A stretch of 64,000 nucleotides of DNA from Lachnospiraceae bacterium (lineage in GTDB: Bacteria > Bacillota > Clostridia > Lachnospirales > Lachnospiraceae), in contig JAAUZH010000032.1 in the NCBI GenBank assembly GCA_014804675.1, forward strand, positions 20,487 through 84,486. Direction: 5' to 3'. The translations under genes and the position numbers were made by a program. The notes beneath the pieces are model-generated. The model was not told the origin of the DNA and did not search any database. It was given only the letters and a program-made list of their open reading frames with translations. This document shows, piece after piece, positions 46,928 through 56,064 of the stretch (the stretch's first letter is position 1; each line of letters starts with the position of its first letter).

Positions 46928-48276
46928 TCAAAACCTCCTTTTTCACAGGGATAACTTTTCAATATCTGTATAAAATAAGACTCCTCTACCTGTGTTTCCC
47001 TTGTAACACACGGATACCTACTTAGTATTTCATTATAATTATTTAATCCAATTCCTCTCTGTTCTCCTTTAGTTGAATATCCTTCTTTCCATATATCTTT
47101 TATTTGGACTACTCCCTTATAAGTATTTTTCACAATCAAAACAAATTTTGTCTCTTCCCAAATCATAACTACATGGACTTCCTTTTTATCTCCCTTCTTT
47201 GCTGCTTCGATTCCATTGTCAATCAAAATTCCAAGACATCGGTTAAAATCAACAATATTCATATATACAGATTCTATATCTTTTATTACCTCTAGAAAAA
47301 ACAACACACCATTCTCTCTAGCCCGTATCATTTTTGTTAAAACCACCCCTTTTACTTCTTCCAATTTGATATGGCTTAAGCTAGCCGTTTCCATAATACT
47401 AGCAGAAAGCTTCTCATCAAATCGTAATATATTTTCTTCCAAAAACTTCAAAGTATCATTATTTTTTTCAACCGTATATAATCCAGCTACAATATTTTTA
47501 TAATCATGCTGAAATTTTTTTATTTCTATTTGTAGCCTCTCTAAAGTGGTAATGTACATGTTTTGTTGGATAATCATGAATTCCTGCATTTTTATCTTTT
47601 CATTTTTGCTTTCATTTAGGTAATAAACAGCTAATATAAACAACAGCAACAACAATCCAATTATAAATGCAATAAATATTAAAAAATATATTTTTTCATG
47701 GGCAGCATCACTTTTTCTTACCAAGATCACCTTACTAACAATAATCCATATTGCAACATAGAAACAAATAGCACTACTAATAAACTTATTTCTATTTCTA
47801 TAAAGATTAGAAATCCATATAGAAATATCTTTTTTGTGAAACAGAAAAACACACAGCAACAGTACCCCATCTGCGAACACTGAAAACACAATATTTGTCC
47901 AATTCCACGAATTCTGAATCACCAATTGATTAAACAAAGATTTGCTACTGGTAATAAAAAAACTTTTTATAAACATATAAACAAAGACAAAGCCTCCGGC
48001 TGAAATCCCAATACTCTCTTCAAAGGATTTTTTATAGTATAAAACAATATACCCTGCCAAACCAATTATTTGAAGGATATATGAAATTAAACCGGCATCT
48101 TTTATCCCTATCAAATATGGAATACAAAAAAGAATATACAGTATTCCAAAACCATATATAAACTTTACAAAATCCCACTTGCCACCACATGCTTTTATAG
48201 CCAAATAAAGATGACACCCCATTGAAATGCCATAATTTAATAGTATGAATATTAGTATTTTTATATACTCTATCAT
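46924..48276 (-). CDS. AgrC/ComD-like (HPK10, GHKL) sensor histidine kinase
   Basis: Six to seven N-terminal TM helices. H-box FQHDYKNIV, N-box IDNGIEA, G-box GIGLNN. Start uncertain: ATG 48276 is preferred, and the ORF-track start at 48300 is TTG. Confidence 0.8.
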   Translation of the reverse strand: MIEYIKILIFILLNYGISMGCHLYLAIKACGGKWDFVKFIYGFGILYILFCIPYLIGIKDAGLISYILQIIGLAGYIVLYYKKSFEESIGISAGGFVFVYMFIKSFFITSSKSLFNQLVIQNSWNWTNIVFSVFADGVLLLCVFLFHKKDISIWISNLYRNRNKFISSAICFYVAIWIIVSKVILVRKSDAAHEKIYFLIFIAFIIGLLLLLFILAVYYLNESKNEKIKMQEFMIIQQNMYITTLERLQIEIKKFQHDYKNIVAGLYTVEKNNDTLKFLEENILRFDEKLSASIMETASLSHIKLEEVKGVVLTKMIRARENGVLFFLEVIKDIESVYMNIVDFNRCLGILIDNGIEAAKKGDKKEVHVVMIWEETKFVLIVKNTYKGVVQIKDIWKEGYSTKGEQRGIGLNNYNEILSRYPCVTRETQVEESYFIQILKSYPCEKGGFE

Positions 48277-48529
48277 TTTATATATAACACCCTCATCCAA
48301 TTATGCAAATTGTACTTATTTGGTTTTCATCTTACATTTGTTAATGAAACACTATATTCTCGTTATAGAATCAGTATATCACATTCTAAATTTCTCTGCT
48401 ACTATATTATTTCTATTTTTGTACATAGAATTAGAATGCTTTGCATAGTTGATTCACATCTATTTCGCAATGTCCCATTATTTTTATAAAATATGTATAT
48501 TTTTAAAAAAACAGCCCCATACTATCCAT

Positions 48530-48916
48530 ATGATAAAAAAATTCATTGAATGCGGCACGGTGGGCTGGTGCCTGGAAATCATATTTACAGCCACATCAAA
48601 TATGAAAGGTACTGACAAACGTTTAAAAGGCAACACTTCCCTTTGGATGTTCCCAATATATGGGATGGCAGTGTTTCTGACCCCCATCTCCAGACTTCTG
48701 AAGGGAAAGCCCTTCTTACTGCGGGGCAGTATTTATACCTTTTGTATTTTTATAACTGAATTCATCACGGGCAAATTCCTGAAAAAGAATAATTTGTGCC
48801 CTTGGAATTACGAACACTCTCCTTTTAACATTGATGGTGTCATTCGTTTAGACTATGCCCCCTATTGGTTTGGAACCGGTCTTTTATACGAATACATCCT
48901 GAATCGTAATTCCTAA
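48530..48916 (+). CDS. small membrane protein, CmpB-like (putative ABC-transporter type IV family)
   Basis: CGTVGWCLEIIFT...LWMFPIYGMA pattern. Start uncertain: ATG 48530 is chosen, and the ORF-track start at 48449 is TTG. Confidence 0.55.
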   Translation: MIKKFIECGTVGWCLEIIFTATSNMKGTDKRLKGNTSLWMFPIYGMAVFLTPISRLLKGKPFLLRGSIYTFCIFITEFITGKFLKKNNLCPWNYEHSPFNIDGVIRLDYAPYWFGTGLLYEYILNRNS

Positions 48917-48926
48917 TATCCTCCCT

Positions 48927-48962
48927 AAAAAGAGCGGCTGTCATAAAACAGCCGCTCTTTTG
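48927..48962. terminator. bidirectional rho-independent terminator
   Basis: Perfect 11-bp stem agagcggctgt (48931-48941) / acagccgctct (48948-48958), flanked by an A-run and a T-run, between convergent genes. Confidence 0.85.
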
Positions 48963-48977
48963 CGCTATAATCATCTT

Positions 48978-49343
48978 TTAATCCAGATCATCCGGAACGA
49001 CACTTCCGATATCCAATGTGTTCAAGGTCCTCCGCTTCATCCTTGCGGTCTCAGATGCCTCCAGGATAAAATCCTTAACAGCCTTTGCATTTTTAATATG
49101 TACCAGGGTTAATTTCTGGTGGGTCGTATCTCCAGTAAAGCACACTACCGTTCCAAGTCCAAATATTCTTTCAAACAGGGTAGCTTCCAACTTCACATCC
49201 TGAACCTTGTACATATAACAGTCATCTTCCACTGTTTTTAAGAAGCCCGCTTTTATGTTAATAATATCCTCTTTGACTGTATATTTGGTAAATGTCCAAG
49301 GCAGTCCAAAAAATAAAATCCTTTTTCTCTCATTAAATTCCAT
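48978..49343 (-). CDS. bacterial PH-domain (bPH_2/YdbS-like) protein
   Basis: 121 aa. ...FLKTVEDDCYMYKVQDVKLEATLFERIFGLGTVVCFTGD... is typical of bPH_2. Confidence 0.6.
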   Translation of the reverse strand: MEFNERKRILFFGLPWTFTKYTVKEDIINIKAGFLKTVEDDCYMYKVQDVKLEATLFERIFGLGTVVCFTGDTTHQKLTLVHIKNAKAVKDFILEASETARMKRRTLNTLDIGSVVPDDLD

Positions 49344-49565
49344 GGATATCTCTCCTTTTTCCTCCGCATGTTGATAAATGTCCCTAATAGGAGTCTTCTC
49401 GTTTTATTATTGCTTAGTATAGCATTTTTTCTTTTAAATTACTATATCTAAATATTAAGCCAAAACACTTTATAAATATTGTCCTTTCCGTTATAATGGA
49501 TTTATAGTCATTGCATTTTATGGGATTTACTTTTTGAAAAAATTTAATGGAAAGGATTACTAAAT

Positions 49566-51230
49566 ATGAAGAGAAAAACCACCAGAATGGCTGTAAAATT
49601 TATTTTTATATTACTTATCATAATCCTTTATTTCATGATTAAAACGAAAATCGGCAATGATGTGGAGCGTACAGAAGTATCATTAACAAATAATTGGAAC
49701 ATAACAATAAATGGCGTGTCTCAAGAAGAGCATAGCTTAGACAAATTATTTTTTCCCGTTACCAATGCCGGTAATCATGTTGAGTTGGTTACCTCATTGC
49801 CTGACACCTGGATACAACGCCCAATGCTCCAGCTTAAAATATATCATTCCATAGTAACAGTACATATAGATGGCCTTGAACTATACAGCTATGGTACGAA
49901 ACTATATCAGGCTGGAAACATGGTAGGAAGCGGTTATCATTGGATATCCCTGCCGGAAGATTTTTCCGGAAAAGAGTTAAAAATATGTTTTGATGTAACA
50001 GAGGACAATGCTTTTTCCTCCATTGAAACGATTTATCTCATGGAAGAAAAGTATGCTACGAAGAATCTTGTATTAAAAAATATTACTGAAGTAATTGTCG
50101 GTATATTTTTACTTTCCTTTGGCCTTTTACTCACAGGTGTTGTTCTGTTTTTGGGAAAAGCAGGCAAGGAGTACCGTATTTTGTTGTGGATAGCTATTTT
50201 CTCCGTTACGGTTGCCCTATGGATGATGGGCAGTACCGGTATTTTACAGTTAGTTTGCAGTAATTTGAACACCCTTGCCTATTTTGAATACCTGTCCCTG
50301 TATCTGGCTCCAATTCCTATACTTTTGTTCGTCCTGGATGCCTTTGACAATAATCGCACGAAAAAGGTGTTTCCCGTTTTTATCGGTATCGTGGCTGTAT
50401 TTAATATTACGGTAATTCTTTTAAACCAGTTTGGTATATGCCACTTTTCTAGAGTGTTGACCCTTTTCCATGGATTGGGCTTTTGCACGATAGCCCTTAC
50501 AACAGGCTCTATCCTAACCACATGGAAGCGTCAAAACAAGAAATCGGATCACATGATTCTGCAAGGGCTTGGCATTATGGTTATCTTCTTATTTGCCGAT
50601 ACTTTAAGGTTCAATATCGATAAATATATCCATCCCCAAAATATCAATTTATCCAGCAGCATTCTGCCAATTGGAGTTCTGATTTTTGTTATAGCTATGA
50701 TAGCCAGCTACATTTACAGATTGGTACAGCTGTTTTATGAAAGTGCGGAAAAACAGACTCTGCTTCAAATCGCCTATACAGACCAGCTGACTAAAGTAGG
50801 CAATCGTGCTATGTGCGAAAAGATTTTTCAGGAATGGGATGTGAAAAAGCCGGCTGCCACTATTATCAACTTTGATTTAAATCATTTCAAAGAAGTGAAT
50901 GACCGATTTGGTCATGGCACCGGAGATACCCTTTTGGCAGAATTCGCAAAAATACTACAGGACAATTATAAAAAAGACGGATTTATCGGCCGAATGGGCG
51001 GGGATGAATTTATTGTAATATTAAAAACTAATGACAGCTCCTATGTAGAAAAAACGCTTGCACATCTTATGAAGAAAATTGACAAACTAAATCAGAAGGA
51101 AGGCAGGCTCTATCAGATATCCACCGCCTACGGGTATTGCACAAATGCAGGAAATTCGGGTTGTTCCTTGTGGGATATGTATGAAGCTTCTGATAAAAAG
51201 ATGTATCAGAATAAAGAAGCATGCCGGTAA
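49566..51230 (+). CDS. diguanylate cyclase with N-terminal extracytoplasmic domain and 7TM (7TMR-DISM-like) sensor region
   Basis: Signal/TM, then a ~150-aa outside domain, seven TM helices, and a GGDEF domain with an intact GRMGGDEFIVIL. YKKD lies where an RxxD I-site would be. Confidence 0.85.
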   Translation: MKRKTTRMAVKFIFILLIIILYFMIKTKIGNDVERTEVSLTNNWNITINGVSQEEHSLDKLFFPVTNAGNHVELVTSLPDTWIQRPMLQLKIYHSIVTVHIDGLELYSYGTKLYQAGNMVGSGYHWISLPEDFSGKELKICFDVTEDNAFSSIETIYLMEEKYATKNLVLKNITEVIVGIFLLSFGLLLTGVVLFLGKAGKEYRILLWIAIFSVTVALWMMGSTGILQLVCSNLNTLAYFEYLSLYLAPIPILLFVLDAFDNNRTKKVFPVFIGIVAVFNITVILLNQFGICHFSRVLTLFHGLGFCTIALTTGSILTTWKRQNKKSDHMILQGLGIMVIFLFADTLRFNIDKYIHPQNINLSSSILPIGVLIFVIAMIASYIYRLVQLFYESAEKQTLLQIAYTDQLTKVGNRAMCEKIFQEWDVKKPAATIINFDLNHFKEVNDRFGHGTGDTLLAEFAKILQDNYKKDGFIGRMGGDEFIVILKTNDSSYVEKTLAHLMKKIDKLNQKEGRLYQISTAYGYCTNAGNSGCSLWDMYEASDKKMYQNKEACR

Positions 51231-51519
51231 TCTGCCCCTCTTCCAACCACTTCCTATTTTCCGTACTGGTTCCCCATGCATCTAATGCAAGCTGATAAGT
51301 AAGAGCAACCTTAATGTCCACTTCTTTGATTTCCTTTCTTAATTCTATCTGTCCGGCTCTTAAGGCTGATACTTGAGATTCTACTTTTTCCAGTCGGTTG
51401 TTCATTTGATTCAGATGGGTGTCCATGCCGTCCGGTCGGCTATCCATGCCGTCCAGTCGGTTATCCATACCATCCAGCCGGCTATCCATGCCGTCCAATC
51501 GGTTATCCATGACACCCAA
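51067..51519 (-). CDS. coiled-coil protein with N-terminal MDxRLDG heptad array; start and stop doubtful, possibly frameshifted
   Basis: ORF-track ORF with a TTG start. The in-frame open sequence extends upstream to 51585. A strong RBS+ATGATG sits one frame off. The 3' 164 nt overlap the convergent cyclase gene. Confidence 0.4.
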   Translation of the reverse strand: MGVMDNRLDGMDSRLDGMDNRLDGMDSRPDGMDTHLNQMNNRLEKVESQVSALRAGQIELRKEIKEVDIKVALTYQLALDAWGTSTENRKWLEEGQITGMLLYSDTSFYQKLHTYPTRNNPNFLHLCNTRRRWISDRACLPSDLVCQFSS

Positions 51520-51526
51520 CCGACTG
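51422..51526. repeat. five tandem 21-bp units (tccatgccgtccrgtcggyta)
   Basis: Units start at 51422, 51443, 51464, 51485 and 51506, with the last one degenerate. They encode the MDxRLDG heptads on the minus strand. Confidence 0.9.
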
Positions 51527-51833
51527 TTAATAGGTTCTAATAATGTGGCGATTGCCTGTAAATCCTCATTTGTTAATGCATCATATCACGCTCCTCTTTT
51601 GCTTACCTGATTCCCTGTTTTCTATATACCATCAACAATTCAATAAATTGTCAATACTTTTATATTATTCCGTCATATTTTCAAATTTGCCAGATTGCTT
51701 CTTGAGTACAAATGAAAAAATAAACATTATTTTCTCAAAATATTCCATTGTCTTCATTGAAAGCTTTCTTTTTCTATGCTATGATTACTTAGCAGATAGA
51801 TTTTGTATATACTAGAAAAAGGAGGATTATTTC

Positions 51834-52373
51834 ATGATTGCATCAGATTGTATCAAAGGCCGCCGAAGCATCCGGAAATTCAAACCGGATTTCGTAAGCC
51901 ACGACCTGCTTGCTTCTGTAATCGAAGCTGCTTCTTATGCACCAAGCTGGAAGCATTCCCAGACTATCCGCTATATAGCAGTAGAAGGCGCCCTAAAGGA
52001 CAAAATTGCAGATGACTGCACTTCCCTTTATCCAAACAACGGAACGATTATTAAAAATGCTCCCATGGTCATAGCGGTAACTGTTATCAAAAACAGATGC
52101 GGTTATGAAAGGGATGGTTCCTTTACCACCCATAGGAAAGACACCTGGCAGATGTTCGATGCGGGTGTTGCTTCCCAGACTTTTTGTTTAGCCGCTTATG
52201 AAAAAGGGCTTGGTACTGTCATTATGGGTATTTTTGATGAAGACAAGATTGTTGATTTGCTTCATATTCCAGAGGATCGTGAATTGATAGCGCTTATCCC
52301 TATCGGCTTTCCTGACGAAGCTCCTATTGCTCCCAAAAGGAAACCGGTAGATGACCTGCTGTCTTTCCAATGA
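51834..52373 (+). CDS. nitroreductase family protein
   Basis: GGAGG RBS. RRSIRKF start motif and the FMN-nitroreductase layout. Confidence 0.8.
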   Translation: MIASDCIKGRRSIRKFKPDFVSHDLLASVIEAASYAPSWKHSQTIRYIAVEGALKDKIADDCTSLYPNNGTIIKNAPMVIAVTVIKNRCGYERDGSFTTHRKDTWQMFDAGVASQTFCLAAYEKGLGTVIMGIFDEDKIVDLLHIPEDRELIALIPIGFPDEAPIAPKRKPVDDLLSFQ

Positions 52374-52377
52374 TATG

Positions 52378-52411
52378 AAAATCGAAGAGATTCATTTCTC
52401 TTCGATTTTTT
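52378..52411 (+). terminator. rho-independent terminator after the nitroreductase gene
   Basis: 13-bp perfect stem aaaatcgaagaga (52378-52390) / tctcttcgatttt (52397-52409), followed by a T-run. Confidence 0.8.
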
Positions 52412-52494
52412 ACGGAATATTTGCAGTCCTGAATCTTTTTCAGGTATTTCATGCAATCAATCCATAGAACAAACTACGCAAGGGAGATAACATT

Positions 52495-53406
52495 ATGAGA
52501 CATTTAATGAGCCCACTGGATTTTACGGTGGATGAGCTGGATAAGCTCTTTGATCTGGCGGGAGATATTGAAAAGAATCCGGACAACTATGCAAGGAAGT
52601 GTGAAGGGAAAAAACTTGCCACCTGTTTTTACGAACCCAGCACCAGGACCCGTCTTAGTTTTGAAGCCGCCATGTATAATTTAGGAGGACATGTAATCGG
52701 TTTTTCCGATGCCAGCTCCTCTTCCGCCACAAAAGGAGAAAGCGTGTCCGATACTATCCGCATGATATCCTGTTATGCAGACATCTGTGCCATGAGACAT
52801 CCAAAGGAGGGAGCGCCTATGGTAGCCTCCACCAAATCCAAAATTCCGGTGATCAATGCAGGAGACGGAGGACATCAGCATCCTACCCAGACACTGACGG
52901 ATCTGCTTACGATCCGCTCCTTAAAGGGACGGTTAGATAACTTTACCATTGGACTATGCGGAGACCTGAAATTTGGCAGGACAGTCCATTCCCTGATTCA
53001 TGCTCTGGTCCGCTACGAAAATATCCGGTTTGTATTTATTTCTCCTGATGAATTAAGGATTCCCGATTATGTAACGGAAATGCTTCATGAGAAGGGCATT
53101 TCCTATCAAGAAGTGATTCGTCTTGAGGATGTAATGGGAGATTTAGATCTGCTCTATATGACAAGGGTGCAGAGGGAACGTTTTTTTAACGAAGAGGATT
53201 ATGTAAGGTTAAAAGACTTCTATATATTGAATAAAGAGAAAATGGAGCTCGCAAAACCGGATATGCTGGTACTCCATCCTCTTCCAAGAGTAAACGAAAT
53301 ATCTGTTGAGGTGGATGACGATGAACGGGCAGTTTATTTTAAGCAGGTGCAATACGGAGTATATGTGCGCATGGCGCTGATCTTAACGTTGCTGGAACTT
53401 GTATAA
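52495..53406 (+). CDS. pyrB: aspartate carbamoyltransferase catalytic subunit
   Basis: STRTR and HPTQ motifs. 303 aa. GGGAG RBS. Confidence 0.92.
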   Translation: MRHLMSPLDFTVDELDKLFDLAGDIEKNPDNYARKCEGKKLATCFYEPSTRTRLSFEAAMYNLGGHVIGFSDASSSSATKGESVSDTIRMISCYADICAMRHPKEGAPMVASTKSKIPVINAGDGGHQHPTQTLTDLLTIRSLKGRLDNFTIGLCGDLKFGRTVHSLIHALVRYENIRFVFISPDELRIPDYVTEMLHEKGISYQEVIRLEDVMGDLDLLYMTRVQRERFFNEEDYVRLKDFYILNKEKMELAKPDMLVLHPLPRVNEISVEVDDDERAVYFKQVQYGVYVRMALILTLLELV

Positions 53407-53453
53407 ATCTTATGTCAACCACAATCTATTATAAAAAATGAGGTGAAAACAGT

Positions 53454-53885
53454 ATGCTGAACGTAGGGAAAATTGAAGAAGGCTTTGTATTGGACCACAT
53501 CAAGGCTGGAAAAAGCCTTTCCATCTATCATCATTTGCAGCTGGACAAGCTGGACTGTACTGTGGCTATCATAAAAAATGCCAAAAGTAAAAAGATGGGA
53601 GCAAAGGATATCTTAAAAGTGGAATGCGATATTGATAAGCTGAACCTGGATATATTGGGATTTATCGATCACAATATTACCGTCAATGTAATCAAGGATG
53701 GGGAAATCGTGGCAAAGAAGGATTTAGTGCTTCCCAGAGAAATCAAAAACGTAATTCGTTGCAAGAACCCCCGGTGCATTACTTCCATTGAACAGGAGCT
53801 GCCCCATATTTTTATCCTGACCGATGAGCAGAAAGAAATCTATCGTTGTAAGTATTGCGAGGAGAAATATGGCGAATGGGAATGA
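53454..53885 (+). CDS. pyrI: aspartate carbamoyltransferase regulatory subunit
   Basis: 143 aa. C-terminal zinc cluster CKNPRC...CKYCE. Follows pyrB. Confidence 0.9.
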   Translation: MLNVGKIEEGFVLDHIKAGKSLSIYHHLQLDKLDCTVAIIKNAKSKKMGAKDILKVECDIDKLNLDILGFIDHNITVNVIKDGEIVAKKDLVLPREIKNVIRCKNPRCITSIEQELPHIFILTDEQKEIYRCKYCEEKYGEWE

Positions 53886-53913
53886 CCCATCCGCCTTTTT
53901 CCGTTTTGTAATA

Positions 53914-55344
53914 TTATCTCTCAAGAGCAGGCATAGTAAACCAGAATTCCACCCCATGTTCCTTATTCTCTGCCCCGTACTTCCCTCCGTGCAAATGGAC
54001 GACACTTTGAACAATGTAAAGTCCGATTCCGGCATGACCTAATGTTGCTTCTTCATTTTCTTTTCTAAAAAAGCTTTTCCATATTTTTTCCAGATTCTTT
54101 TCCGGAATCCTGCTCCCGTCATTATAAACCGTAAAACGAATTCCTTCGTCCACTTTTTTTAAGGAAATTACCATGTTCCCCTGCTGCCCGGTATGCTCAA
54201 AGGCATTCATAAGAAGATTGCTGATTGCCTGTTCCATATATTCCCTGTCCCCAAGTATATAGCAATTCTCCTCCAGCTCTGTCTGAATCGTTAATTTTTT
54301 CTTTTTCATCAATGCATCATACTTCATCAGCATATAACTAATTAAATCATTCATGAGCAGCGGCTCTTTTTTTATTTCCTCCATATAATGCTCCATGACA
54401 GAAATGTCCAAAAGATTCCCTACCATTTCCGACATCTTTGTCACTTCTTCCATGATGGATAAACAATAATATTCTCTCTCCTTCTCTCCTACATATTGCA
54501 GCATTTCAGCCTGACTGGAGATGACAGCCAAAGGAGTCTTCAGCTCGTGGGAAACGTTTGCAATAAAATCTTTTCTTGCCTTTTCCATCCGCTCTTTCTG
54601 GATATTCTGATTCAAAAGCTGCTTCTGACTTTCTTCAATCTGCTCCACATAATCCTGAAGCTGTCCTGACATGCAGTTTATACACTTTGCCAGATGATTG
54701 ACCTCTTCATAACCGCCATTTTCATCTGCCTTCTCCTCAAAGTCTCTTTCTGCCAACCTCTGAGCCACTCTTGCTACATTCCTAATAGGACGTGCAAGAT
54801 TCCGTGAGAAAAGATACATGAGCAGGCTTCCTATGGCAAGAGCAATGACAAACATGACCATCATAAACTTTTCTGTAATCTGGAAGCTGCTGTATACATT
54901 TTCTACCTTATCTCTGATACATACATAATAGGGAACCCCATCCTGCCTGACAATGCCTAACAGCTTCAATGTCTTGCTTCTTTTGCTGTTTTTGTTAATG
55001 ATTTGGGGATTTTCCGAATACTGCTCCAGCTTTAACTCAATATTTCTGTAAATGACATGCTCTTCATTGGACTTGGTAGTATAAATAGAATTCATGTTTC
55101 CATCTGCTATCGTAAAGCTTAAATTCTCTTTTTCGTATTCCAGAAACATGGCAATATCTTCTTCTGATAAATTTTTGAAATCCGTCTCTTTTATGTCTTC
55201 AAATGCCTGCTGTATGATTCCTCCTTTATAGCTGCTATAATAGGCAGGTGCAAAGACTCCATAAAGCACAATGCTTCCGCCTATTACAATTACCAGAAAC
55301 ACCCATTCCAATAATATAAACCTTACACTAATCTTTTTTAACAT
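53914..55344 (-). CDS. sensor histidine kinase (TM-HAMP-HisKA-HATPase)
   Basis: H-box SHELKTPL, N-box LLMNAFEHT, G-box GIGLYIV. ATG 55344 lies 7 nt after GGAGGA (MLKKISVRFILLEW...). Confidence 0.85.
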   Translation of the reverse strand: MLKKISVRFILLEWVFLVIVIGGSIVLYGVFAPAYYSSYKGGIIQQAFEDIKETDFKNLSEEDIAMFLEYEKENLSFTIADGNMNSIYTTKSNEEHVIYRNIELKLEQYSENPQIINKNSKRSKTLKLLGIVRQDGVPYYVCIRDKVENVYSSFQITEKFMMVMFVIALAIGSLLMYLFSRNLARPIRNVARVAQRLAERDFEEKADENGGYEEVNHLAKCINCMSGQLQDYVEQIEESQKQLLNQNIQKERMEKARKDFIANVSHELKTPLAVISSQAEMLQYVGEKEREYYCLSIMEEVTKMSEMVGNLLDISVMEHYMEEIKKEPLLMNDLISYMLMKYDALMKKKKLTIQTELEENCYILGDREYMEQAISNLLMNAFEHTGQQGNMVISLKKVDEGIRFTVYNDGSRIPEKNLEKIWKSFFRKENEEATLGHAGIGLYIVQSVVHLHGGKYGAENKEHGVEFWFTMPALER

Positions 55345-56017
55345 AGCCGGTTCCTCCAAATACGTATCCCACACCATACACGGAACGGATATAGCTTCCA
55401 TTTTTCATCTTCTTCCGAAGCTGCTTTACCAATGTGTCCACTGTCCTGATGTCTCCCACATACTGATATCCCCATACTGCATCCAAAATGTGATCCCTGG
55501 TCAGCACCATTCCCTCATTTTCCATGAAAAACAGAAGAAGATCGAATTCCTTCGGGGTAGTTTCCATATATTCCTCTTTCAAATATACCTTCTGCGCCTT
55601 TACATCAATGCGCACATCTCCGGAGACAATAAAGTCCCTCTGCTTTCCTGCCCGTTTCAGAACCGCTTCTATATGAGCCTTGATAAGGGATAAACTATAG
55701 GGCTTTGTAATATAATCGTCAGCTCCGCATTCAAATCCCTCAATCTGATCCTCAATTGCTGACTTGGACGTGAGCATGATAACCGGTACATTAGAACGCA
55801 TTCTGATTTCCTTCAACAGCTCGTATCCATTTAAAAAAGGAATCATAATATCCAAAAGCACAATATCAATTTCCTGGATATGTTCCATAAACTGCTTCAT
55901 GGCTTCCATTCCGTTTTCTGCAGCATACACCTGATAATCATTTAGCTTTAAAAAATCAGACAATGTTTCCAGAAGCTTTTTTTCATCTTCTACAATCAAC
56001 ACATTATATTTTTTCAT
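55328..56017 (-). CDS. OmpR-family response regulator
   Basis: MKKYNVLIVEDE, acceptor VLLDIMIP, winged-helix C-terminus (TPKEFDLLLFFMEN...). ATG 56017 is preferred over the longer ORF. Confidence 0.88.
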   Translation of the reverse strand: MKKYNVLIVEDEKKLLETLSDFLKLNDYQVYAAENGMEAMKQFMEHIQEIDIVLLDIMIPFLNGYELLKEIRMRSNVPVIMLTSKSAIEDQIEGFECGADDYITKPYSLSLIKAHIEAVLKRAGKQRDFIVSGDVRIDVKAQKVYLKEEYMETTPKEFDLLLFFMENEGMVLTRDHILDAVWGYQYVGDIRTVDTLVKQLRKKMKNGSYIRSVYGVGYVFGGTGYVKKD

Positions 56018-56064
56018 GCTTTGCCATTCCTCATATCCATAGTAAGCAAAACTCCTTCTCCTCG

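Noticed and set aside
51422-51526. Regularly spaced 21-bp and 15-bp (3511-3630) repeats, considered as possible CRISPR arrays.
   Set aside because: The units are directly abutting with no spacers, are in frame inside ORFs, and encode peptide repeats. There are no cas genes. They are not CRISPR.
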